Source: a virus (Duplodnaviria > Heunggongvirae > Uroviricota > Caudoviricetes). Taken from it: 64,000 nucleotides of DNA. This document shows, piece after piece, positions 1 to 10,292 of the stretch. Numbering within the stretch: position 1 is the first letter of the stretch; each line of letters starts with the position of its first letter. The notes below the pieces were generated by a model that searched no databases, was not told where the DNA came from, and saw only the letters and a program-made list of their open reading frames with translations. The DNA lies in the IMG/VR virus record IMGVR_UViG_3300021387_000463, positions 348,754 to 412,753 of that record, one strand, 5' to 3'. Position numbers and translations under genes: made by a program.

Positions 1-3000
1 GATATTAGCACATTCAAAAAGGGCATTAGTGTTAATGGCGAACAATTCGAGAAGATAATTGACCCTGAAAATTATTGTATCGGAGTTTCACTCACAACAT
101 CATTGTGCAATAGAGGCTTTCAAGTTACTGATGATAAAACAGCAGTAACGCTTAATTGTGACATGACAAATAGTGGTTCAAAAGTTAGTTTCATGTCTGG
201 CCGACTTATAAAGACTGTTAATTATGATAATGAAATACCATATTTAACAACCGATTATGCAGACATGTATATTACTGACTTGCAAGACTTTGGAACAACA
301 GAAATGATTGGTATTAAGTCAATAAATATTGATTTTGAAAATGCAGTTTTACCTGTAATTACAATTCAGTTTACTGACGTAAGGGGTATGTCATTATTTA
401 CCCCAAAAGAATTATCAAGACTTAAAGATGTTCCTAGAGGTGGTGATGTAACTAAGGATAATGTTGCACAATTCTTTTTCCAATGTTTCTTCAAATTCCC
501 TTATCCAAAGTTTAATATTACTGTTAAGGGATTCTATGGAAGACCAGTTTCTTATGAGGTAACATGCGATAAGTTTGAAACCAATTTCAATTCCGAAACT
601 GGTAATTTCGATGTGACAGCACGTTTCATTGGTTATAAGTATTCTTTCTTAACTGATATATCATTGGAGCTGCTTGAGGCTGCTCCATATTGTGATTTCT
701 TGGGTAAAGATTATTGGGAAGAGAAAAAACAGAAAGATTTCCAAGTAACAAATGTATATGGTGCTAAAGTACCTATGCCTACACTTGTCGAAATAAGAAA
801 CAAGATAAAGGATATACTGACAAATGGAGACCTAGAACAAACGGAAACAACCATAACTGAAGAAGACAATACCCATGACGAGGAAAGAAGAAGCCTAGAG
901 GAAATCAAAAAAACATACTACTCTTGGTATGAGCAATTAATCCAAGAGGCTAACAAAAAATATGGCGAAAAACACGTTTTCATATATAAGAATGAGGATG
1001 GTGACTATCAAAGAGTTATTATCTTAATACCTAGCGATTACGCATCAAATGATATGTCGCAAGATTATCAACAGATGCTTGAAACGCAAAAGGTAAACAA
1101 TGACTTGTGTGCATTGATTAAAAAGTATAATGAGGCTTACGGACAAGGTAATAAGTTGGATGAGATTTCTGAAGACTTCAAGGGATACGTTAAGGCCCCA
1201 TTGTTCAACGATTTAACAACAAAAGACACATTTAATGGCTTGGTTGAAAATTGTAAGATACCAGAATATATTGTTGAGAGAATTATGTTGGGTAAGAATA
1301 AGGAAGCAACACTTGAGACGGTATTTAATAATGGTAATCCACCACAATATACTCATTGCTTTGATATTGATGTAGACTATTCTACAATACAATCAAGAAT
1401 TAACAGTCTAACCGAAGATGCCAATAAGTCATACCTTCAAAAGAGAAAAGAAAAGGAAATACATAATAAAAACATAAAGTTGATAGGCGAATTAGGTTTC
1501 AATCCTACTGTATCTAATGTCACCAAAATTATCATGGCTCATCTTGAGACATTGATGCATATGATATACAATGTAACTGATGCTATCAAGAATGACTCAA
1601 GTAGAACACCTAGTGCTTGGGGTATAAGTTGTGGTAAAGATGGTACTTGTCCAGATATTGACTGTGATACAACTCGTATTCCACCGTTCCCAAGAGTTAC
1701 TGAACAAGTGGAAGATAGCGGTACTAAAAAGCAACAAGATATGTGGATTGGAAAACTTGACAAGGATTCAATTAAAGAGGTTGACCTTGTTGAGACATTC
1801 TTTAATGCCATTGAGGAAATAGACAGACTTATTACTGAAACTGATAGAAAGATTGAAGAAACAAAGGAAGCAAGACAAGAGGCAGCTAAAGGTGAAGAAC
1901 GTTGCGTGGTAAAATACCCAACAACTTCATTCGACTTCTTCTTGAATTCAAAATTGTATGGCAATGACGTTGTAGAAGATATTGATAAATTATCTGGGGC
2001 AATCTCATTACGTATGTTCAGCGTATTATGCCTAAACTTCTACGCTAATCAGTGCGGAAAGAATGTGTGGAAGAATAAGGCTGCTCAGTTGGGTAGAGTT
2101 GAAGCACACAACTTTGTTGATAGTGTTAACGTTGAAACTAATCCTAAATTGCGTGATTGGATTAGACTAGGAACTGGAGAATTAAATGCTGATAACATCA
2201 TTAAGACAATACAATCAAAGGAAGGAAAATACCCTTGGTCATTTGATAGTGGAAATCCAACAGCAAAACCTTTGTTCGATTCATCAGCTTGGTTATCTAG
2301 ATACCAATGTAATCCGTTGAATGTAACAGCAGAACATGGATATTCATACATGTATCCAGTTCAAAACATATCATTTGACAAGATTAAGGAAAATTATGGT
2401 ATATTCTCTAATGGTGATTCTCAAGATAGTAAGGACGTTTTAATGTCTTGTCCATCTGTGGAAATAAACTCAATAGATATAACCTCATATAACTGTCATA
2501 ACAGCCTTATAATTGAAAATAACGTCAATAAGGTGAAGGACATGCTCGATAAAGCCATGTCCGAGTCTGTTAGCTCATATACTGAGGTAACTAATGCATT
2601 GTCTGGAAAAACCACTTTAGAAGAGGCTATTGAAGGATACTATAGCAAGATTTTCAAGACTGAAGGACTTAGTTCTTTCTGTAAGAAGAATGGCGTTAAA
2701 AAGGGTGATGATATAGTTAATTATCGTAAGGATAGTGATGAAGCATTCTTTGTGTTCTTGAAAGATAAAAAGATTGTACTAACTGATAAGGATAGTAGTG
2801 TAACATATACAAGCACTCCAGAGGATTTGGAGCAATACTTTAATAATGAGGTAACTGCTAAAAGTATAAACAGTTGCTTCATATCTGAAATTTTCCCTTA
2901 TAAGGGTAAGGAAATTAACCACCGTGATTCTCTACTTAACAAAGATGATTTCAGTGCAATAGAATTCTTGATGGGTATCGATTGTATCGATTATGACTAT

Positions 3001-6000
3001 TTAAGACAGAATGGTGGTTTCAATAGAATATTGTATGGCACTAATGCATTTGTATATACACCTAGACTTGTTGTTCTTCAATTAGGAGCTATTCTAGCAA
3101 CTGAGTGCGGAAATGACTTAAATCATGTAATAGATGTAAACGCCATTTCTTGTGGACTTCCTGGTAATTTGAAACAAATTGTATTACAGTATTTGAATAC
3201 CATCAGCATATATTCAAGAATGGCGTTAATTAAGTATTACCGTGATTGGGAAAATACTGAGTTTAAAGATATTAAGGCTCAATTAACTGGAAATAATAAA
3301 AACGCTAATATTGCTGCAAGATACTATAAGAAAGAACAAAGTGCTCAACATACTAGAGTACTATTGTATGAAGGTTCTAGTTTTGTTACTAAGCTTACAA
3401 ATGGGTTAATGTTGCCAGTATTAGTTGTACATGGTAATGTTAATCACTTTACTTGTGAAAAAGATACCCCAAAAGACTACGGTAGATTCACTCTTCCTAA
3501 GAGTGTTTACGCAGTAACCAACGATGTCTATAAGAACTATCTAAATGCCTTTGTGGATGAGCTTAACAGAATCCTAGAGGTTGACTATGAGAAGGATGAA
3601 AATGGAAACATGGTTAGAAGGGCAAGGAACGCTTGCAACACCTCTAACGAAATGAGAATGGAGCTATACCGTTACTTGAAGCAAGTATACGACAAGTGGA
3701 TACCTTCGGCAAAAGAGAGTGATTGGAACTTCAAAAACTTCTTTGAAGATGAAGGAGGAAAAGGCGATTATAGGTTCTATTTCATCGATTCTTACTACAA
3801 TAAGATTGGTGATAAGTTGTTGATAAATCCAAGAGAACTTACTAGAAGACTTGACACTGCTAGGGATAACTCAGATATTGGCTCTTCTGTATATTCATTG
3901 TTAGGATGGATATATGGAGATAATCGTTGTATGTTTAAGTGTATTCAGAATTTTGCTGATTTCTCAAATGGTGACGGAATCTATGATGTGTTTAATCCAC
4001 TGCCTTATTCAACAGCTTTCTCAAACTTAAGACAAGGCTCTGACTTTGTTGTTGTATATACATACGAACCTTCAAAGTATCTTGATTTGAATAGTAGTGA
4101 ATATACTGATGATGGATTCATGCTTAATGATGAACTTCAATGTCCAGTATCAATTACATCTAGAGGAAATGGGAATGGATATTATAAGATTCCAGCATTC
4201 GGTGTAACATATGGAAGACAATATCAAAGCTATTTCAAGAACATTTCATTGGACACTAAGAATGCAATTCAAACCCAGCAAGCTATATTTGCAAAACATG
4301 CAATCTTGAATGGTAAAACAAGTAATAACAAGTTTGGTGTAAGTGGACAAGATTTGTTCGACATCTATACAACGCAATCATACACTTGTACGGTTGACAT
4401 GATGGGATGTGCATGGATACAGCCAATGATGTACTTTGTACTTCTTAATGTGCCAATGTTCAGAGGCTCTTATATGATTATGAAGGTTCATCATAAGATA
4501 GTACCAGGAGACATGACAACAACATTTACTGGTTGTCGTATGTCAAACTGTGCAAATAAGTTCGTACAAGACATATTCATCAGTTCTGAAGGTGATGAAA
4601 CACAATTCACAACAGATGATAACAACTTTACACGTGAGAATGACCTTGCAAACGTTGACAATGATTGTCCATATGCAGTTTATCCTATATTTCAAGGTGA
4701 TGGTACTTTATCTGGAGATATGCTACAAAAAGGTAAAGAATTGATGGATAAATTAATCGCAAGAGGGTTCAATAAGATTGCATCTGCTGGTATTGTTGGT
4801 AATATGCGACAAGAATGTGGTGGAAAATTTGATTACGCTTCTGCTGTGGTTGACTCTGATAATTTTATCGCAGGAGGCTTGTGTGGATGGAATGATAGAT
4901 ATGGTAATTTGACGCATTTATTAGAAAAGAATTCTACAAACTTTGGACAAGCACCAGTTGTGCAAATAGCAAGTAAGTTAGGAATTACTAGCGTTATAAA
5001 TAAATTAAAGAATATTGGCGTTGATTATCAAATACAGTTCTTGGATGAAACTATTGGACAAGTAACTGAAAGAGCACCAAAATATAAAGGTGAACGAGTA
5101 CCATTATATTCAAAAGCTAAAATAAATGCTTGTACAAGTCCAGAGCAAGCTGCTGAAAGCTTTAGGGCTGCATATGAACGTGGAAGTAATTCAAATGATA
5201 GGCAAAACTACGCTAAACAATTCTACGATGCATATGATACAACTACAGTACCGCAATCTGAAGAAGCAACAAAGGTGAACGAGGACATTTACCCATTGTT
5301 CTATAATGCGGTTAAGCAGACTTGTGAGAATACGGCATCAATGAGATTTACACCAAAGGAGGAATATTTCAAGAATACTGATGCCAAGGGTAATGAAACC
5401 AAGGTATTGATGATGTCTACGGATGCAAACAACACACCTAAGTTGGCAAAGTTATTCGACTGTATATTGAACACACCAGAGTACTTTAAGTACGTAACTA
5501 ATTTGTATTGGGTTTATGAGAATGACCCTAAGACAATTGTACGTGTTGATGTTAAACTTTCAAATAAGGAAGTTGCAACAAATAATCAACATGTTTGGTG
5601 GTATAGAAAGGGTACAAGGGCTGAAAATAAAAATGCAAAGGCTGAGAGTGAACGACTATTGGTTGATAACTTAAGTGAAGATGCTAAGAGGTCACTTGGT
5701 AAACGTTATAATAGTGATGGTGGAAAGAATTTCAAGACTCTTGTTCCAGAACTCGAAGACCCACAGAATTTAACTGATTACAAACCAACCAATTGTGCAA
5801 GCGTCGGTAATAGTGGTACTGCTAATAGCTCTTCAGTAGCTGGACCATTTAACACAAAGTCATGGGCTGTTGATACATTTGTTCAAAACTTACATTATTG
5901 GCAAGATAGAATTTGTGAAAATAATGGTACTGGTGGAAGTAAAGCAAGAAAACCAGTTAAATCTTGGAATTTACCTAACTCTTATGGAAGAACCAAGAAT

Positions 6001-6366
6001 GGATGTGATTGGTGTACGTCTGTTATTAACAGAGCCTTGAGAGACACTGGATATGGACAAAAGTATTGTGGTGAAGAACCTTGGGATGTTTACGCAAAGA
6101 TGAAAGCAAGTAATTCTGATTTCGTTGAAGCAGCATCTGGACAATGTTCAAATAAGGTTGATGACTTTAATTTTGGAAGTGCTACAATATCAAAGGGTGA
6201 CGTTTGCGTTATGTGGACTTTGCCACCAAATCCTAAGAAGTTGCATAGGCATACTTGCGCTTTTGATGGTAGCCATTGGATTTCAGACTTTGTACAGCAA
6301 AGATGTAACGTTTACCGTTCAGCAAGCGAATGCAGAATGGAGTATCATCTATTTAAACACAAATAA
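1..6366 (+). CDS. Very large virion protein (5' truncated): baseplate-hub-like N-terminal/central region, phage tail lysozyme domain and C-terminal CHAP/NlpC-P60-like amidase
   Basis: Frame is open from base 1. Hub-like motifs (YTCTVDMMGCAWIQPMMYFVLLNVPMFRGSYMIMKVHH); Phage_lysozyme2-like 'ASAGIVGNMRQEC...GLCGWN'; C-terminal Cys-His motif 'WCTSVINRAL...GDVCVM...HRHTCAFDGSHWISDF'. Confidence 0.7.
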   Translation, partial: DISTFKKGISVNGEQFEKIIDPENYCIGVSLTTSLCNRGFQVTDDKTAVTLNCDMTNSGSKVSFMSGRLIKTVNYDNEIPYLTTDYADMYITDLQDFGTTEMIGIKSINIDFENAVLPVITIQFTDVRGMSLFTPKELSRLKDVPRGGDVTKDNVAQFFFQCFFKFPYPKFNITVKGFYGRPVSYEVTCDKFETNFNSETGNFDVTARFIGYKYSFLTDISLELLEAAPYCDFLGKDYWEEKKQKDFQVTNVYGAKVPMPTLVEIRNKIKDILTNGDLEQTETTITEEDNTHDEERRSLEEIKKTYYSWYEQLIQEANKKYGEKHVFIYKNEDGDYQRVIILIPSDYASNDMSQDYQQMLETQKVNNDLCALIKKYNEAYGQGNKLDEISEDFKGYVKAPLFNDLTTKDTFNGLVENCKIPEYIVERIMLGKNKEATLETVFNNGNPPQYTHCFDIDVDYSTIQSRINSLTEDANKSYLQKRKEKEIHNKNIKLIGELGFNPTVSNVTKIIMAHLETLMHMIYNVTDAIKNDSSRTPSAWGISCGKDGTCPDIDCDTTRIPPFPRVTEQVEDSGTKKQQDMWIGKLDKDSIKEVDLVETFFNAIEEIDRLITETDRKIEETKEARQEAAKGEERCVVKYPTTSFDFFLNSKLYGNDVVEDIDKLSGAISLRMFSVLCLNFYANQCGKNVWKNKAAQLGRVEAHNFVDSVNVETNPKLRDWIRLGTGELNADNIIKTIQSKEGKYPWSFDSGNPTAKPLFDSSAWLSRYQCNPLNVTAEHGYSYMYPVQNISFDKIKENYGIFSNGDSQDSKDVLMSCPSVEINSIDITSYNCHNSLIIENNVNKVKDMLDKAMSESVSSYTEVTNALSGKTTLEEAIEGYYSKIFKTEGLSSFCKKNGVKKGDDIVNYRKDSDEAFFVFLKDKKIVLTDKDSSVTYTSTPEDLEQYFNNEVTAKSINSCFISEIFPYKGKEINHRDSLLNKDDFSAIEFLMGIDCIDYDYLRQNGGFNRILYGTNAFVYTPRLVVLQLGAILATECGNDLNHVIDVNAISCGLPGNLKQIVLQYLNTISIYSRMALIKYYRDWENTEFKDIKAQLTGNNKNANIAARYYKKEQSAQHTRVLLYEGSSFVTKLTNGLMLPVLVVHGNVNHFTCEKDTPKDYGRFTLPKSVYAVTNDVYKNYLNAFVDELNRILEVDYEKDENGNMVRRARNACNTSNEMRMELYRYLKQVYDKWIPSAKESDWNFKNFFEDEGGKGDYRFYFIDSYYNKIGDKLLINPRELTRRLDTARDNSDIGSSVYSLLGWIYGDNRCMFKCIQNFADFSNGDGIYDVFNPLPYSTAFSNLRQGSDFVVVYTYEPSKYLDLNSSEYTDDGFMLNDELQCPVSITSRGNGNGYYKIPAFGVTYGRQYQSYFKNISLDTKNAIQTQQAIFAKHAILNGKTSNNKFGVSGQDLFDIYTTQSYTCTVDMMGCAWIQPMMYFVLLNVPMFRGSYMIMKVHHKIVPGDMTTTFTGCRMSNCANKFVQDIFISSEGDETQFTTDDNNFTRENDLANVDNDCPYAVYPIFQGDGTLSGDMLQKGKELMDKLIARGFNKIASAGIVGNMRQECGGKFDYASAVVDSDNFIAGGLCGWNDRYGNLTHLLEKNSTNFGQAPVVQIASKLGITSVINKLKNIGVDYQIQFLDETIGQVTERAPKYKGERVPLYSKAKINACTSPEQAAESFRAAYERGSNSNDRQNYAKQFYDAYDTTTVPQSEEATKVNEDIYPLFYNAVKQTCENTASMRFTPKEEYFKNTDAKGNETKVLMMSTDANNTPKLAKLFDCILNTPEYFKYVTNLYWVYENDPKTIVRVDVKLSNKEVATNNQHVWWYRKGTRAENKNAKAESERLLVDNLSEDAKRSLGKRYNSDGGKNFKTLVPELEDPQNLTDYKPTNCASVGNSGTANSSSVAGPFNTKSWAVDTFVQNLHYWQDRICENNGTGGSKARKPVKSWNLPNSYGRTKNGCDWCTSVINRALRDTGYGQKYCGEEPWDVYAKMKASNSDFVEAASGQCSNKVDDFNFGSATISKGDVCVMWTLPPNPKKLHRHTCAFDGSHWISDFVQQRCNVYRSASECRMEYHLFKHK

Positions 6367-6367
6367 T

Positions 6368-6401
6368 TTTGGAATTTTAACATTTTTTATATATCTTTGC
6401 A
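6368..6401 (+). promoter_or_regulatory. Bacteroidota-type primary-sigma promoter (-33 TTTG / -7 TAnnTTTG)
   Basis: TTTG at 6368, then TATCTTTG at 6392 (20-nt spacer). Confidence 0.8.
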
Positions 6402-6420
6402 TATATTGATAAAAATTGTT

Positions 6421-7008
6421 ATGATTTTAGGTTATATTGTTACGGATAGAAAGCTTACAAACATAGATGGCTTTGTGGAGCAAGTTAATGACATTTCATT
6501 GGCAGACCCCACAAAGCCTATACTCATTGTGGGTTGGAAGAAAGCAAAGAAAGACCCAAGGTATAAGTCAATTTTGGACAAACAACTTGATGAGAACGTT
6601 TTTTGGACGTTCAGTAAGACCGAGAGCCGTTCTGATTTTGAGGACGATTTGAAAATTTTCTATAATATTATATATAATAATATATTAAATAATATAAATT
6701 ATTATTATATTAATATATTTAAGTTAAAATATAATAATATAAAGAAATTATATAATATTATATTAAATTCTGAAGAAAATAAAGATATTTATTTAAGTAA
6801 GAATATTTTGTATATTCCACACAAGGGGAGAATCTTGGGGTTATCCCTCGCTGTGTTGGAATATTGTGGTATACCAATGAATAAGGTTCTTGATAAGATT
6901 AAATCGAAAGGAATCAACATCATTGAGGATAACAAGAAGTTTATATTCAAGTTATCAAAACAGCTTGGAAATAAGAAGTATGCAGTACCATACTTTATAT
7001 CTAGATGA
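6421..7008 (+). CDS. Hypothetical phage protein containing an extremely AT-rich internal segment
   Basis: ORF track 6397..7008; start moved to the ATG at 6421, downstream of the promoter. Confidence 0.75.
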   Translation: MILGYIVTDRKLTNIDGFVEQVNDISLADPTKPILIVGWKKAKKDPRYKSILDKQLDENVFWTFSKTESRSDFEDDLKIFYNIIYNNILNNINYYYINIFKLKYNNIKKLYNIILNSEENKDIYLSKNILYIPHKGRILGLSLAVLEYCGIPMNKVLDKIKSKGINIIEDNKKFIFKLSKQLGNKKYAVPYFISR

Positions 7009-7019
7009 AACAATAAATA

Positions 7020-7427
7020 ATGACAGGACGTGGAATAATAATAGGAACATTTGTAAAGAAAAACAAGATTTTATCATTTATAGAAACTCTCAAGAATGAA
7101 TTTGGTATCAAGCTTGAGAAGTTATTTATTTATTCAATTGATACAAACAAACGTGAATACCTAGTTACTTTCAAGACTTTTGATAAAGAGAGATTTATCA
7201 AGAATCTTGGGAATGCTACTGTCATGCATGTTAAGAATGGTTGCCTATTTTCCATCAATGCCCTCAACAAGTTGATTGAGAAAGATAATGAAGGTTCTGA
7301 CTTACCAAACAATGAATTCGTTGTCGATTGGAATAAATACAAAGACAAGCTTATAATCATAACAAATGGTGAACTTTCTATCTCAAATCTCTCCAAAATA
7401 GAGGATAAATCGTTATTTTTCAACTAA
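7020..7427 (+). CDS. Hypothetical phage protein
   Basis: 135-aa ORF in operon context; motif 'LFSINALNKLI...VDWNKYKDKLII'. Confidence 0.75.
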   Translation: MTGRGIIIGTFVKKNKILSFIETLKNEFGIKLEKLFIYSIDTNKREYLVTFKTFDKERFIKNLGNATVMHVKNGCLFSINALNKLIEKDNEGSDLPNNEFVVDWNKYKDKLIIITNGELSISNLSKIEDKSLFFN

Positions 7428-7432
7428 TGAGA

Positions 7433-7440
7433 TATTTATA
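7433..7440 (+). promoter_or_regulatory. Putative phage late promoter TATTTATA
   Basis: The motif recurs about 10-35 nt upstream of many virion-type genes on the sense strand. Confidence 0.65.
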
Positions 7441-7459
7441 GTAAATAAATTAATAGAGT

Positions 7460-7705
7460 ATGGGAAAGTTTATTATAAAACATATAAACAGTGTAAAGCC
7501 TCAAAAAAAGGTTGAAAATAATATAAGAGAAAATAAGGAAGTTATGACTACAAGCGAGAAGATAGCAATGGCACAGAGCGTACTTAGTGGCGCAGACGTA
7601 GCAGCTCCAGTAAAGAGAGTTAAGAAGGACAAGGGTCTTATCGAGAGAACCGAGAGCTCAAAGACCATTTTAACTGAAGACAATAAAGAACTTTTGAACG
7701 ATTAA
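7460..7705 (+). CDS. Small late protein, possible head/core component
   Basis: 81 aa; follows TATTTATA; C-terminus 'KGLIERTESSKTILTEDNKELLND' has several (I/L)xE sites. Confidence 0.65.
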   Translation: MGKFIIKHINSVKPQKKVENNIRENKEVMTTSEKIAMAQSVLSGADVAAPVKRVKKDKGLIERTESSKTILTEDNKELLND

Positions 7706-7712
7706 TATAACA

Positions 7713-8585
7713 ATGGCAACTAACGTTAAGTATCTTAAGGAAAATAATTTATATGAGGCACATAAGCACTTTATGCGTCTTAGTGAAGCATATATACCAA
7801 CATCGTTCCCAGAGGAAGAAATCGAGGAAGCTGGTGCTGACCAAAACCAAGACCCTAATGCAATGGGAGGTCAAGACCCTATGATGGGAGGAGACCCTAA
7901 CGCAATGGGTGGTGGTGCTAGCCCTATGGGTGGTGGTATGCCTCAAGACCCAAATGCTATGGGTGGTGCTGACCCTAACGCTATGGGAGGAGACCCAAAT
8001 GCAATGGGAGGCGCAGACCCTATGGCTAGTGCTGACCCAAATTCAGGGGCTGACCCAATGGCTGACCCTATGGGTGGTGATATGGGTGGTGAAGACCCTT
8101 TGGCTGACGCTAGTGGTGATATGAGTGAGGAAGATGGCGAGACAATTGACATCGATGGTTTGACCCAAGCACAAGATAAACTTAATGTTAAGCAGAACCA
8201 TATCGGAAGAGATTTGTCAAAAGTCGATACAAGAATCACATCGTTGATTGATACTATCAATAACCTTTTGTCAAAGGTTGATAGCAACAACAGTGAGATT
8301 GAAGCATTAAAGGCTGAGTTTGAGAAGAGAAATCCAACCCAGACTGAGAAGCTTAACCTACGCTCACTCGATTCTTATCCATTTAATATCAAGCCAAATG
8401 AGTATTGGGATGAAAAGGCAAAGCAAGGTGGATATGAGGCATACTCAGACAATGCAGAGCCTACAACCAAGGAATATACAATCACCAATGATGACGTAGA
8501 TAATCCATCTGATGACATCGCAAAGACATTCTTCAAGATTGATGATGATGATGTCCAGACACTTGACAAACTATTCAATTTCTAA
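7713..8585 (+). CDS. Acidic low-complexity protein with DPNAMGG repeats and a coiled coil (possible scaffold/internal head protein)
   Basis: 290 aa; Gly/Met/Pro/Asp repeat block followed by a heptad region. Confidence 0.7.
   Translation: MATNVKYLKENNLYEAHKHFMRLSEAYIPTSFPEEEIEEAGADQNQDPNAMGGQDPMMGGDPNAMGGGASPMGGGMPQDPNAMGGADPNAMGGDPNAMGGADPMASADPNSGADPMADPMGGDMGGEDPLADASGDMSEEDGETIDIDGLTQAQDKLNVKQNHIGRDLSKVDTRITSLIDTINNLLSKVDSNNSEIEALKAEFEKRNPTQTEKLNLRSLDSYPFNIKPNEYWDEKAKQGGYEAYSDNAEPTTKEYTITNDDVDNPSDDIAKTFFKIDDDDVQTLDKLFNF
7840..8110 (+). repeat. Intragenic imperfect tandem repeat encoding (G/A)DPNAMGG / ADPM
   Basis: About 11 DP-containing units seen directly in the translation. Confidence 0.9.
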
Positions 8586-8824
8586 TGAAAACAGTTAATT
8601 TAAGCGAGGAAGCATACAAGAAACTCATCAATGAGATTGGCTATGGCAATGATGATTTGGGGAATTTACGCAATGAATTAAAATATAGTATTGGTGATGC
8701 CTCACAAGTCATCAGAGACCATTTTATAATGTGCGAAAGACTTAATCAAGAACCTAATCCATATGTGGCTGATATAGCCAAACATATACAAGAAATAGAA
8801 CAATTACTTAATAATTTACAGTAG
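8585..8824 (+). CDS. Small protein with the shared leader motif (MKTVNLSEEAYKKLINE)
   Basis: TAATG coupling to the upstream gene; ends in TAG. Confidence 0.7.
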   Translation: MKTVNLSEEAYKKLINEIGYGNDDLGNLRNELKYSIGDASQVIRDHFIMCERLNQEPNPYVADIAKHIQEIEQLLNNLQ

Positions 8825-8825
8825 T

Positions 8826-9113
8826 ATGAAAAAGATTATAAGACTTACAGAATCAGAACTTAGAAATATAGTTGAGGAGTCAACAAAGAGGATTATCAAA
8901 GAGGCTGAGAGTGGTGGTTGGGTAGTTGATTCATCCGAAGCTCAAGAGGCATATGATTTAGCTGTTCAAGAAATGGGTGAGGAAACCATTAACAGTGCAA
9001 TTGTAAGAAGCCTTGGCGATGAAGTATTGGCACAATGTCTTGCTTATATCTTTAGGCAATATGATTTCAGACAATGGCAAAGTCGTTTTGACAGTCAAGA
9101 TGAAATGATTTAA
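8826..9113 (+). CDS. Small protein with the shared leader motif (MKKIIRLTESELRNIVEESTKRIIKE)
   Basis: 95-aa ORF followed by a hairpin. Confidence 0.75.
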   Translation: MKKIIRLTESELRNIVEESTKRIIKEAESGGWVVDSSEAQEAYDLAVQEMGEETINSAIVRSLGDEVLAQCLAYIFRQYDFRQWQSRFDSQDEMI

Positions 9114-9123
9114 AAGAAATAGG

Positions 9124-9163
9124 ATTCTCCAGTTATGAAAAAAAGTGAATATAACTGGAGAAT
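9124..9163 (+). terminator. Hairpin, probable terminator
   Basis: 13-bp perfect inverted repeat ATTCTCCAGTTAT/ATAACTGGAGAAT. Confidence 0.6.
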
Positions 9164-9176
9164 TTATATCAATTTT

Positions 9177-9210
9177 CTTGTTTTTTTCGATTTTTTTTTA
9201 TATCTTTGCA
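9177..9210 (+). promoter_or_regulatory. Bacteroidota-type promoter for the ssb-tdk-uvsX operon
   Basis: CTTG at 9177 and TATCTTTG at 9201. Confidence 0.75.
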
Positions 9211-9272
9211 ATATAATTTAAGCATGTGTTAGACATGCATTTTAAATAATTTTTTTAATAACAATTTTAATT

Positions 9273-10271
9273 ATGGGTAACAAAAATTTTAGCGTTAACA
9301 TTGATGATGACGCAGTTAGGAATCAGTATGAACAAGAACAGAAGCAACCTGTTAAGAAAACTCAGTTTGACACTAAGAATTATTTACAAGCTAGGCTTGG
9401 GTCAAACGAAGACACAAAGACACTTACAATCAGATTATTGCCATTCTCCCCAGAAGGTGGTAGTCCATTCAAGAAAGTTTTTATGCATACCGTTAAGGTA
9501 AACAAGGAGGTTTCACCTAGTGGGTGGAAGACTTTCGTGTGCCCAACACACAACAAGAAAGATGGCTCTGTAATGGGTGATAAATGTCCATTCTGTGAGA
9601 CATCTGCAAAGGCACGTGAGCTTAAGTCTAAGTCACTTGATGAACCTACAAAGAAAAAGTACGGTGATGTGGAATTCCTTAATCGTGTTAAGGAAATGTG
9701 GATTGTGCGTTGTATAGAGCGTGACCACGAGGAAGATGGAGTTAAGTTTTGGCTCTTCAACAGCTCAAAGAAGAAGGACGGAGTTTATGACAAGATTATG
9801 AACTTGGCAAAGATTCGTTCTGAGGCAGCAGCAAAGAAGGGAAATACCTACAGCATATTCGACCTTAACAATGGACTTGATTTGGTTGTAACCCTCTCAA
9901 GAACCTCAGACAATAAGACAGCAGTTCAGATTATTGATGCTGGTCTTCCTTCGCCACTTTCAGAGAATTTCGACCTTGGCGAGAAGTGGATTCACGACAG
10001 CAAGAAGTGGGATGAGGTATACACTGTTAAGCCTTATGAGTACATGGCAATTATCGCAATGGGTGGTGTTCCAGTATTTAGTAAGGAAGAGAATAAGTAT
10101 GTTGACAAGGAAGAGCTTGATAAACTTAAGGAAGAGGCTGAAAAGCAGAGAATTGACGAAGCTCTCACAGAACCAACAAAAGATTTCTCTGATATTGCAG
10201 AATCTAGCGGTGTGAATATAATTGATGGTAATGACGTTAAAGATGACGATGACGAAGACTTACCATTCTAA
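9273..10271 (+). CDS. T4 gp32-like single-stranded DNA-binding protein
   Basis: 'TIRLLP', H...CP...CPFCE zinc ligands, 'GVKFWLF', 'IFDLNNGLD', acidic tail DDDDEDLPF. Confidence 0.85.
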   Translation: MGNKNFSVNIDDDAVRNQYEQEQKQPVKKTQFDTKNYLQARLGSNEDTKTLTIRLLPFSPEGGSPFKKVFMHTVKVNKEVSPSGWKTFVCPTHNKKDGSVMGDKCPFCETSAKARELKSKSLDEPTKKKYGDVEFLNRVKEMWIVRCIERDHEEDGVKFWLFNSSKKKDGVYDKIMNLAKIRSEAAAKKGNTYSIFDLNNGLDLVVTLSRTSDNKTAVQIIDAGLPSPLSENFDLGEKWIHDSKKWDEVYTVKPYEYMAIIAMGGVPVFSKEENKYVDKEELDKLKEEAEKQRIDEALTEPTKDFSDIAESSGVNIIDGNDVKDDDDEDLPF

Positions 10272-10292
10272 GTAGGCAATGTTACGATTAAT

